Shown here: piece after piece, positions 50,547 to 61,555 of the stretch
How the letters are laid out: the number at the start of each line of letters is the position of its first letter
Position numbering within the stretch: position 1 is the stretch's first letter
From: Pristiophorus japonicus
Taxonomy: Eukaryota
Assembly (NCBI RefSeq): GCF_044704955.1
Contig: NC_091982.1
Coordinates: 157,294,001 to 157,358,000, forward strand
Direction of reading: 5' to 3'
DNA: 64,000 nt
Notes under the pieces: generated by a model
Seen by the model: the letters and a program-made list of their open reading frames with translations, nothing else
Database searches by the model: none
What the model was told of the DNA's origin: nothing
Program-made: the position numbers and the translations under genes

Positions 50547-52499
50547 AGAGCATGGGGATTGTAAAAGGTAAAAGAAACTACAGCACTACCATGTGGCCAA
50601 AGCCTGCAACTGCATAGAATTAAAGCATTTTTCCCCCCAATACTTGGACTGTGGAAGGTCAAAGGGTTTGTGACATCCGTAATGTTACCAAACTCCACTA
50701 AGCTGGGAGAGTCCTACTCAGCACCACCTACAGGCATTGCAGGGGAAAGCAGTTACTTCCAAACCAAGGTGGACAAATGGTTAAGGCTTCTCATCCTTTA
50801 AGCACAGGCTTGAATCCGGGCCATGACATTGGGGCAATGATGGCCGCTAAGCTTGCAGCATTGCACACAGCTGGGCACATCCTGCCAATCTGGCATACAC
50901 GAGAGAACAGGGAATAGTGCGATATGAGGGCCAGAGTGTGAGGAGATAGTTAGAGTGGGAGGAGTCTCATGTGAAGTATAGACCAATTGGACCTAATGGC
51001 CTGTTTCTGTGCTGTAGACTCCGTACAAATCGAGAAGGCATGTGCAGGCATAATTCATAGAATCAGACAATGTGTAAGCATAATTCATAGAATCAGACAT
51101 TTACAGCACGGTAGGAGGCCATTTCGGCCCATCGTGTCCGCGCCAGCCAACAAAGAGCAATCCAGCCTCATCCCACTTTCCAGCTCTTGGTCCATAGCCT
51201 TGTAGGTTACGGCACTTCCAAGTGCATATCCAAGTACTTTTTAAATGTGGTGCCTCTACCACCCTTTCAGGCAGTGAGTTCCAGATCCCCACCACCCTCC
51301 GGAAATATTTCCCCTCCAAACCTACCAATTACTTTAAATTAACATGCAAAACTCTAAAGGAAGTTTACATGAGACTTTTCTGTGGAAGATGTGACAATTT
51401 TAATAATCTATAGATGATTCTTTCAATTAGGATAAGTCACCCTTTCTACTTCCCATACTCACTCTGTCTTACAAATGCAAAGCAATATTAAAATGCCGTG
51501 TGATTCAGCTTCTTCTCTCCAACAACATTCCAGTTTCGCAATGTCTACAAATTCTTAACTGATCTGTCAAGTATGTATGTTAAGAATATATTTACATGTC
51601 TGTACAAATAAAAGGCAGCATATCTCCAGTCATTTATTAAATATATTTAAGAATTTGTGACAGTTCTCCACCTGTCTGGCATTTTATTTTTCAAATGTTT
51701 CCAGTAAAATATATTCTTTAAAAAACAAAGCGACAAGGTCACATATCAAGGTTCAGACCAATCTGTTCTAGATCTGGGTTCTGGACAGGAGCACCTTAAA
51801 GCAGGACAGTCTTCAAGCTTGTCAATCCAATATCAATGTTTTATGGTTGTCCCGATTGGCTATTGATAGTTGCTCTGAGCTTCAAGAGATGACCCGGACT
51901 TAGACGGGCTGAGGAGCAGGTAGGGGCAACATCACCAACAGCCCAAATAAACAATGGCCCTAAAATTCCAATTGGGGCCCAGGCACAATCCCAGCCGATC
52001 TTGTATCGCAAACATTTTCCGAGCCCCACTAAAAAAACACACATCGTTGCTCGGGAAAAATAATCGATCCTAGAGGGAATTGATCACCTCCCCAACAGGC
52101 TCACTTGCTCCATTAGAAGAAGATTCCTTTTCTCGGCATCTCGCCGGGCCTTCTCTCCGCCGTCGGAGTGGCATGGCGACGCTCCGACATTCCGACAGTG
52201 GCTCAAGCTGGGCACCACTGATACGCCATTGCAGGAACGAGCAACCACCTCCAGCTGTGCAGGTGACCTCTTCACTGGGATTAGGGGCCTGGAGCTAGGA
52301 TGTGAAGGGATTCCACTTCGCTTCACCTGCGCCAGTAGAGGGTCCAAATCTGCGCCCTCTCCCATCGAGAAGTACAAGGGCAGCAGGCGCATGGGAGCAC
52401 TATCACCTCCAAGTTCCTTTCCAAGTCACACACTATCCTGACTTGGACTTATATCGCCGTTCCTTCATCGTCGCTGGGTCAAAATCCGGGATCTTTCTA

Positions 52500-53907
52500 T
52501 CTTTAAATCTCTATTTAAAAAAGGAGGCAGACAAAATGCAGGAAACTATAGACCAGTTAGCCTAACATCTGTGGTTAGGAAAATGTTGCAGTTCATTATT
52601 AAAGAAGCAGTAGCAGGACATTTAGAAAAACAAAATTCGGTCAGGCAGAGTCAGCATGGATTTATGAAGGGGAAATCATGTTTGACAAATTTGCTGGAGT
52701 TCTTTGAGGATGTAACGAACAGGGTGGATAAAGGGGAACCAGTGGATGTGGTGTTTGGACTTCCAGAAGGCATTTGACAAGGTGCCACATAAAAGGTTAC
52801 TGCACAAGATAAAAGTTCACAGGGTTGGGGGTAATATATTAGCATGGATAGAGGATTGCTAACAGAAAACAGAGAGTCAGGATAAATGGTTCATTCTCTG
52901 GTTGGCAACCAGTAACTAGTGGGGTGCCGCAGGGATCAGTGCTGGGACCCCAACTATTTACAATCTATGTTAACAACTTGGAAGAAGGGACTGAGTGTAA
53001 TGTAGCCAGCTTTGCTGATGATACAAAGATGGGAGGAAAAGCAATGTATGAGGAGGACACAAAAAAAATCATAGGCTAAGTGAGTGGGAAAAAATTTGGC
53101 AGATGGAGTATAATGTTGGAAAGTGTGAGGTCATGCACTTTGGCAGAAAAAAATCAAAGAGCAAGTTATTATTTAAATGGAGAATGATAGCAAAGTGCCG
53201 CAGTACAGCGTGACCTCGGGGTACTTGTGCATGAAACGCAAAAGGAAAGTATGCAGGTACAGCAAGTGATCAGGAAGGCCAATGGTATCTTGGACTTTAT
53301 TGCAAAGGGGATGGAGCATAAAAGCAGGGAAGTCTTGCTACAGCTATATAAGGTATTGGTGAGGCCACACCTGGAATACTGCATGCAGTTTTGGTTTCCA
53401 TATTTACGAAAGGATATACCTGCTTTGGAGGCAGTCTAGAGAAGGTTCACTAGGTTGATTCTGGGGATGAGGAGGTTGACGTATGAGGAAAAGTTGAGTA
53501 GTTTGGGCCTCTACTCATTGGCATTCAGAAGAATGAGAGGTGATCTTATCGAAACATATAAGATTATGAGGGGCTTGACAAGGTGGATGCAGAGAGGATG
53601 TTTCCACTGATGGGGGAGACTAGAACTAGAGGGCATAATCTTAGAATAAGGAGCCGCCCATTTAAAACTGAGATGAGAAGAAATTTCTTCTCTGAGGGTT
53701 GTAAATCTGTGGAATTTGCTGCCTCAGAGAGCTGTGGAAGCTGGAACATTCAATAAATTTAAGACAGAAATAGACAGTTTCTTAAACGATATGGGGTTAT
53801 GGGGAGTGGGCGGGGAAGTGGAGCTGAGTCCATGATCAGATCAGCCATGACGGAGCAGGCTCGAGGGGCCGTATGGCCTACTCCTGTTCCTATTTCTTAT
53901 GCTCTTA
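52500..53907 (+). mobile_element. CR1 RT fragment nested in an RTE-X-like 3' end (52372-52490, 53908-54040)
   Basis: SQHGFMKGKSCLTNLLEFFEDVT, LYKVLVRPHLEYCMQFW; flanks rejoin into the sequence seen at 36780-37040. Confidence 0.88.
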
Positions 53908-54089
53908 TAACAGGGTTGTGGGAGTACCTTCACCACACGGACTGCAGCGGTTCAAGAAGGCGGCTCACCACCACCTTCTCAAGGTCAAGTAGGGATGGGC
54001 AATAATGCCAGCCTTGCCAGCGAGCCCATAATCCCCAAAATGTTTTTTTTTAATAAATACAAACTACACCCTCTAGAAATTTTGGACCC

Positions 54090-55112
54090 CTATGTGTTGA
54101 TTGAATGTACGCGATGCCTTCTCACAATGAATAGACTCTTGACTGTCCCTGCTAGTTCTCTGTACCTCAACCCATAAAGGAAAGGGCATAGCAGCCGTGG
54201 GAGCATGGTGAAAACGTGACTGTTGATGGTGTTGAGCCACAGTCTGGTGCTGTTGTTGATGAGGTGCATGCCGTCAAACAGTATTGTGATGCCAATAAAC
54301 AAACCAGGAACGAAGTACAAGAAGAGCACGATCCCGTGTATCAGCAGGGTCATTCTTGCCCTGGAGTGGACACTGTTCCAGATCCCCGAACTCCTGGTTT
54401 TGTAGTACAGCATAATGTAGCAGGACAGTACCAGCGACAAGCATGCCAGAGTACTGCCCACGAGGAAGATGTGGACGCCTAATGTCAGCTGATAGCCGAA
54501 ATGAGCCGAATCCAGGGTCAGCAGCATGATGCACAGCTTTTGCTGGCGAGAGAGGGCCGGCTGCCTGGCCAGAATCACCGTTAAGAGGGAGAACGAATAC
54601 ATTGATGCCAGAATCCAAATGACCATTATAAGTTTGATGGTCCGTGACGGGGGTACGAGTGACATGTAGCGCAGCGGCAAGCTAACCGCCACGTAGGTAT
54701 CAATGGCCATGATGGTGATGGTAATGACACTGCTGGCGTAGGCTATGGTCAGCCCAATCAGTGCGGCATCACAAAGGAGCTTGGGCATGCACTGCTGCGC
54801 TGCATTGCTAATAGCTATAAAGCTGTTAAATAGGAGGAAAATAAGGTCGGAGACCATTATGTTGGCCAGAAGCAGATACCTCGTCTCCTGGCGAAACCTT
54901 GTTTTTAACAAAATTAGCACCAGGAGCAGTGGGTTGGCCGACAATGTGCCTGTGAGGCACAGAGCGATAGATATCAGCAACAAATTTAAGTGCTGGTAAG
55001 GGATGCCTTTCAGTGAATCGCTGCAGTTCTCACTACTGTTGGCAGCATTGGAAAGCACAATGGCTGACAAGGTCACTCTAAAATGGGAAACATTGACCCC
55101 AAGAAAAGTCAT
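54090..55112 (-). CDS. GPR148: GPR148-like orphan GPCR, paralogue D (single ORF, 340 aa); best candidate GPR148 orthologue
   Basis: ATG with A at -3; RQETRYLLLANIMVSDL, AIDTYVAVSLPLRY, KTRSSGIWNSVHSRARMTLLIHG, TRLWLNTINSHVFTMLPRLLCPFLYGLRYRELAGTV, RRH tail. ECL3/TM7/tail most resemble mammalian GPR148 as I recall it; symbol tentative. Confidence 0.85.
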   Translation of the reverse strand: MTFLGVNVSHFRVTLSAIVLSNAANSSENCSDSLKGIPYQHLNLLLISIALCLTGTLSANPLLLVLILLKTRFRQETRYLLLANIMVSDLIFLLFNSFIAISNAAQQCMPKLLCDAALIGLTIAYASSVITITIMAIDTYVAVSLPLRYMSLVPPSRTIKLIMVIWILASMYSFSLLTVILARQPALSRQQKLCIMLLTLDSAHFGYQLTLGVHIFLVGSTLACLSLVLSCYIMLYYKTRSSGIWNSVHSRARMTLLIHGIVLFLYFVPGLFIGITILFDGMHLINNSTRLWLNTINSHVFTMLPRLLCPFLYGLRYRELAGTVKSLFIVRRHRVHSINT

Positions 55113-55642
55113 TGTGCTTCCAGTCGAATGGTACCAGCATTCAGAAATGACAACCTCTCAGCTTGCTGTTGACACAGTGATCTTCTGCACACTTTCCAGT
55201 CGCTGACAGTTGATGTACTTTTCCTTGGATTTGAGATCTGAGTCACGAAAGTAAACGTCATCCAGTCGCAATGGTACAGTTAAAGGGACATGTCAATAGT
55301 TTAATGAGCCAATCGATATCCAGCTTTAATCCCGTCCTAGATCAGCAGGCTTGAGGGATTTATTTGACGATTGATTCGTGTCTTTTGAGTTCTGTAAATA
55401 AACATTGATATTATGAACATTTTGATTGAAATGTAACAGCAAAGTTGGCACAAAATGCTATCAAGCCCTTATTCTTGTGGGAATTTTAAAGAGAGATTTT
55501 CACACCCATATGGCTTCCAAAATCAAACAGTATCATGAGAATTGCCTCCAACATCACCTTGTCCAACACCCATTTCAGTTGTAAAAACAGAGAATGCTGG
55601 AAATCTCAGCGGGTCAGGCAGCATTTGTGGAGAGAAAAACAA

Positions 55643-55679
55643 AGTTAACATTTCGGGTCGACGACCCTTCGTCAGAACT
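55643..55679 (-). ncRNA. Minimal type I hammerhead ribozyme motif (Penelope-associated)
   Basis: Minus strand reads AGUU-CUGACGA-A-GGGUC-GUC-GACCC-GAAA-UGUU-AACU: stem I AGUU/AACU, CUGANGA core, stem II, GAAA, rudimentary stem III. Confidence 0.7.
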
Positions 55680-56839
55680 GGAGAATGTTCGAAAAGGGCA
55701 TATTCTAAAACACTGAAAGGGGGAGGGGAAAAAACGGAAGGTCTGTGATAGGGTGGAAGGCAGGAGAGATTAGAGAGACAAAAGGGATGATGGGCCGAAT
55801 TGAAATGGTAATGATAGAGGTTAGAAAAAGGTTAATCTGGATAGGGTGTGAATGGCGGAATAATGACCAGCTGCTATTAGAGTCAAAGAGAAAAAAAAAG
55901 AAGAAAAAAAACATAAGATGAGGGCGGGGGGGAGGGAGCCCAAGATGGCCAGACATTATGCTCTGAAATTGTTGAACTCGATGTTGAGTCCATAAGGCTG
56001 TAAAGTGCTTAATCGAAAGATGGGGTGCTGTTCCTTGAGCTTACGTTGAGCTTCATTAGAACAGAGTAGGAGGCCGAGGATGGAGATATCAGAGTGGGAA
56101 TGGAGCGGAGAATTAAAATGACAGGCAACCGGAGACTCAGGGTCACACTTACGGACTGAACAGAGGTGTTCAACAAAGCGGTCACCCAATCTGCGCTTAG
56201 TCTCCCCAATGTAGAGGAGACCACATCGTGAGCAGTGAATACAGTATACTAAATTGAAAGAAGTACAAGTAAATCGCTGTTTCACCTGGAAGGAGCATTT
56301 GGGGCCCTGCATAGTGGGAAGGGAGGAGGTAAAAGGGCAGTGTTTGCCTGTCATTTTAATTCTCCACTCCACTCCCACTCTGATATCTCCATCCTCGGTC
56401 TCCTACACTGTTCCAATGAAGCTCAACGTAAGCTCGAGGAATAGCACCTCATCTTTCGTTTAGGCACTTTACAGCCATCTGGACTCAACATTGAGTTCAA
56501 CAATTTCAGAGCGTAACTTCTGGCCATTTGGGCTCCCTTCCACCCCCCGACCACCCCCCCCCCCCCCCCCCCGACCACCCCTATCTTATGTCTTTTTTTC
56601 TTTTTCCTGCTTTTTTTTTTCTCTTTCTCTCCAATGGCAGCTGGTCATTATTACGCCATTCACACCCTATCCAGATTAACCTTTTTCTAACCTCTATCAT
56701 TACCATTCCAATTCGGCCCATCATCCCTTTTGTCTCTCTAATCTCTCCTTCCTTCCACCCTATCACAGACCTTCCCTTGTGTTCTTTCTTCCCCTCCCCC
56801 ATTCAGTGTTTAAGAATGTGCCCTTTTCGAACATTCGGC

Positions 56840-56876
56840 AGTTCTGACAAAGGGTCGTCGACCCGAAATGTTAATT
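56840..56876 (+). ncRNA. Degenerate hammerhead motif (second arm)
   Basis: AGUU-CUGACAA-A-GGGUCGUCGACCC-GAAA-UGUU-AAUU; core CUGANGA changed to CUGACAA. Confidence 0.55.
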
Positions 56877-57797
56877 TGGTTTTTCTCTCTAAAGGTGCTG
56901 CCCAACCCGCTGAGATTTCCAGCATTCTCTGTTTTAATTTCAGATGCCAGCATCGGCAGTATTTTGCTTTTATACCCATTTCAGTTGATTCATATTTAAA
57001 AAGTGTGATGATGAATCTGTTGGTGATATATATGAGGAAGAGGTTACTGAGATTGCGATATTTTTGTTAGGTCAGGTTGTCAAGCGATATGGAGCAATGG
57101 TGGGTAAATGGGGTTGAAGTACATGATCTGATTGAATGGCAGCACAGGCTTGAGGGGTTGAATGGCCTCTTTCTGTTCCTAAGTTACTGATATTGGGGTG
57201 ACGAAATTTAGCAGCTCCCGTTTGGGTCGGTAAGTATTTACTTTTAGAAAATTTAGTGCCCGGCGAAATGCCTTGCCAAATTGTGTGAAATTCGCCACTT
57301 CCGCCCAGGAGTGAAGGGGGCGGTAAATGAGATGCTAATGACCTCAGCTAGACGCTGCAGAGGAGCTATTCGCAGCCACTTACCCAATTTCAGCTGAGTT
57401 CCATCCAGCAATCAGCCTCAATCCTTGACTCCAGCTCAATCTAGTTCTTAAAGGGGAGGTCGTTTCAACCTGCTGCTGCTCATTTTCAGCATTGCTACAC
57501 TTCAGTCATTCATCTCTGGAGCTGGGGAAGCTTGTGAAATGGCTGCTGGCAATCCCACTTCAAGGGAGAAGGCTACAAGATTCACCAATGTAGCTCTGGA
57601 GGCATTGGTGGCGGCACTGGAGACGAGGGAGTCGCTGTTCCCTGCATCGGGAAGGAGGCCATCACTGGAGGTTTTCCGGGCCGTGTGGCAAGAGATGGCC
57701 TGGGAGGTGTCAGCCACAGATGCAGAGAAGCCTCACCCAGTGCAACAAAGAATTCAACGATCGATGTCAGTGGTGAAGGTGAGTACAAGCTTCCACA

Positions 57798-58035
57798 CCT
57801 CCTCCATACCAGCCTCTCAACCTCTGTCTGTGCACACTGAGCAAACCAACACTCCCCCACCTCCATACCAGTCTCTCAACCTCTGTCTGTGCACACTGAG
57901 CAAACCAACACTCCCCCACCTCCATACCAGTCTCTCAACCTCTGTCTGTGCACACTGAGCAAACCAACACTCCCCCACCTCCATACCAGTCTCTCAACCT
58001 CTGTCTGTGCACACTGAGCAAACCACCACTTCCCC
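57798..58035. repeat. 59-bp tandem repeat, about 4 near-identical copies, in the Myb-gene intron
   Basis: CACCTCCATACCAGTCTCTCAACCTCTGTCTGTGCACACTGAGCAAACCAACACTCCCC. Confidence 0.92.
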
Positions 58036-59339
58036 ACCACTCAACCACCAAGCATCTGCAGATACTCACACACACATCCTCATCTCATGACTTGCCTACA
58101 TTCACAGTTATTCAACCACATCAGGCATATCTTCCACATACATAGCTGGACTCTTACTCACACAAGTTCCTTTCTTTTGCAGACCAAGATAGCACATAAC
58201 AGAAGAGAGCAGCTGTGGACTGGAGGGGAACCTGAACTACGGCCATTGACTGATCTTGAGGAGTGAGTACTGTGGCTCATTGGCCCGCAGGTGGTGCTTT
58301 ATCACTTTCCAATCTCCTTTCCTTCTCTCATACCTCTTAACCACCCTCCCCCACCCCCACACCATAAGGCTTTATCACTTTCCAGCTCCTGCTACTGTCT
58401 GCATTCCTTGCTCCATTCCTGCCCCACTGCGAGCCCTGAGCCATTCATGCTTTTAGATAACCAGGCTGCACCTAAGCCACCCACTCCCGCCACAAGAGAT
58501 TCTGGAGGGAGAGGAAGAGCAGGAGGAGGAGGAGCTGAGCACTTCGTCATTGCTTCTCTCACCTGCAGGCACCAGTTCAGATACTGGCACTACGCGTTCA
58601 TTATAGGTTAGGCTAGTAGAGGGGTCGGCACTGGGTGATGCACCAGCGGGCTGCAGCAAGGCTAAGCAGAAAGGGAACCTCAGGAGCCAGCTCCCCGGAG
58701 GGTAAGTTTGCCGTGTGTTCTGCTGCACAGGACTCAGATGAGGACCTAGATGGGAAGGCATTCACACAAAGGGTGATGGCCATGCACTCTGACATCATTG
58801 GTGCAATGGCCAGGGTGCCCGAGAGCCACTTGGCAGTGGTAAGGAGCGTGGAGGAGTCCAACATTGCACAGAGCTTTGTGCACACCATGGAGCCCATCAT
58901 TGCCGGTCTGCAGACGATGGTGGACTCCCAGAGAGACCATGAAGATCCAGACCTCACAACACGTGTCATGGGCAACGTGGCAGCTTCCATTGCAGCACAG
59001 GCAGAAGCAATTAAATGTCTTAGTGCTGTAATGCAGACAATGGTTGGTGACATGGAAACTCAGACTGCTCTCGTGCAGTCTCAGCTTGATGCCGCGCAAG
59101 TCTGGGTGCTGTAGTGCAGTCAGTGAGAGCTGTCATTGAGTCTCATACTGCTCTCACGCAGTCTCAGCTGGATGCCACATCTGGGCTGACTGCTGCTATC
59201 GCTGCTGGGTCCACAGTCGGCTGGGGATCACACATTGCAGCAGCCCACCAAACTGTGCTCCAGCAGATTGGTGGGGATGCTGAGGTGTTGTTCCAGGGGA
59301 GTAGCACTGGATCAGTGGAACAAGAACCAGCTGTCCTCA

Positions 59340-61110
59340 TAGAATCATAGAAATTTACAGCACAGAAGGAGGCCATTTCAGCCCATCGTTTCCACGCCGA
59401 CCAACAAAGAGCTATCCAGCCTAATCCCACTTTCCAGTTCTTGGTCCGTAGCCCTGTGGGTTACGGCACTTCAAGTGCATATCCAAGTACTTGTTGAATG
59501 TGGTGAGGGTTTCTGCCTCTACCACCCTTTCAGGCAATGAGTTCCAGACCCCCACCACCCTCTTGGTGAAAAACATTTCCCTCATATCCTCTAAACCTCC
59601 GACCAATTACTTTAAAGCTATGCCCCCTGTTGTTGACCCCTCTGCTAAGGGAAATAGGCCCTTGCTATCCACTCTATCTAGGCCGCTCATAATTTTACAC
59701 ACCTCAATAAGTTCTCCCCTCAGCCTCCTCTGTTCCAAAGAAAACAAACCCAGCCTATCTAATCTTTCCTCATAGCTAAAATTCTCCAGTCCAGGCAACA
59801 TCCTCAAATCTCCTCTGTACCCTCTCTAGTGCAATCACATCTTTCCTGTAATGTGACCAGAACTGCATGCAGTAATCTAGCTGTGGCCTAACTCGTGTTT
59901 TATACAGTTCAAGCATGACCTCCCTGCTCTTGTATTCTATGCCTCGGCTAATAAAGACAAGCATTCCGTATGCTACCTGACCTGCTACCTTAAGGGATCT
60001 GTGGGCCTGCACTCCAAGGACACTTTGTTCCTCTACACTTCTCAGTGTCGTACCATTTATTGTGTATTCCCTTGCCTTGTTAGCCCTCTCCAAATGCATT
60101 ACCTCACACTTCTCCGGATTGAATTCCATTTGCCACTGTTCTGCCCACCTGACCAGTTCATTGATATCTTCCTGCAGTCTACAGCTTTCTGCTTCATTAT
60201 CAACCACACATGGCCAATTTGTATATCATCTGCAAATTTCTTAATCATACCCCCTACATTCAAGTCTAAATCATTGATAGATACCACAAAAAGCAATGGC
60301 CCTAGTACTGAGCCCTGCAGAACCCCACTAGAAACAGCCTTCCAGTCACAAAAACACCCATCAACCATTACCCTTTGCTTCTTGCCTCTGAGCCAATTTT
60401 GGATCCAACTTGCCACCTTGCCCTGGATCCCATGGGCTTTTACTTTCGTGACCAGTCTGCTATGTGGGACTTTATCAAAAGCATTGCTAAAATCCATATA
60501 GACTACATCAAACACACTACCCTCATCGACCCTCCTTGTTACCTCCTGAAAAAATTCAATCAAGTTAGTCAGACCTTCCCTTAACAAATCCATGCTGACT
60601 GTCCTTGATTAATCCGTGTCTTCTGAATGAAGATTTATTCTGTCCCTCAGAATTGCCTCCAATAATTTTCCCACCACCGAGGTTAGGCTGACTGGTCTGT
60701 AATTACTCGGTCTGTCCCTTTCTCCCCTTTTAAACAAAGGTACCATGTTCATAGTCCTGCAGTCCGCCGGCACCACACCTGTAGCCAGAGAGGATTGGAA
60801 AATGATGGTCAGAGCCTCTGCTGTTTCCTCTTTTGCTTCTCTTAACAGCCTGGGATACATTTCATCCGGACCTGGGGATTTATCCACTTTCAAAGCTGCT
60901 AAACCCTTTAATACTTCCTATCTCACTATGGTTATTTCATCTAATATTTCACACTCTTCCGATGGCAGTGTCTGCCTCGCCCCTCTCTTTTGTGAAAACA
61001 GACGTAAAGTATTCATTAAGAACCATACTCATGTCTTCTACCTCCACACACAGATTACCTTTATTACCTACTCTTTCTTTAGTTATCCTCTGAATGTATT
61101 TATTTTATTT
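59340..61110 (-). mobile_element. CR1 LINE fragment nested in the Harbinger element
   Basis: DKSPGPDEMYPRLL, NYRPVSLTSVVGK, MDFSNAFDKVPH, KFADD; tail ATAGAATCATAGAA on plus strand. Confidence 0.92.
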
Positions 61111-61555
61111 TTCTCTCAGGATGACAGCATTCCTGATCCTACCACTGCCACTCTGCCATTGCCCTTGTCGCTGCCTGTCACCCAGCCAGCCCAGACTGCC
61201 GCCGCCCAGCCTGAGGTGGTGCAGCCTACAGCCGGGCCTTCCAGGCCCAGAGCTGGTCGAGGGCATCTTTAGCCTCTGGCCCTGACACACAGCAGCCCTC
61301 CACCAGCCATGCTGCAGCCACAGGGGACACACTGCGAAGGAATATTAGAATAGTTAAAGCAAAGAAGGGATATAAGGAAATGCACAAAGGTGATTATTGA
61401 ATACATTATGAAAGCGTTTATTGGTGTGATATAAGTTCGGATTGGAATGTTTAATCTTTGCTGTTGTGTTTCAGTTCAGTTTTGGGGCTTGGTATGGAAG
61501 GGAAAATGGATGTGGTGATGGGGACTTCCAGAGAAACCGGGAAGTGGGATGGAAT

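Larger units (their letters stand above)
55582..56973. mobile_element. Penelope-like element remnant forming a large inverted repeat; GIY-YIG endonuclease fragment (55956-56378, -)
   Basis: Arms about 55583-56128 and 56343-56934; LVYCIHCSRCGLLYIGETKRRLGDRFVEH; 14-bp TSD ACCCATTTCAGTTG (55568-81, 56974-87). Confidence 0.9.
57539..61271 (+). pseudogene. Harbinger Myb/SANT-like DNA-binding gene, spliced, disrupted
   Basis: RFTNVALEALVAAL..LFP..W.E.A.EV, then frameshifted QCNKEFND; donor AAG|GTGAGT at 57778/9; acceptor TTTTGCAG| at 58182 followed by TKIAHNRREQLWTGG; acidic tract; Ala/Gln-rich helical ORF 58635-59340; split by LINE 59340-61110. Confidence 0.75.

Noticed and set aside
56528-57070. 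180-aa Pro/Phe-rich ORF
   Set aside because: Non-coding arm of the Penelope inverted repeat, driven by poly-C and poly-T runs.
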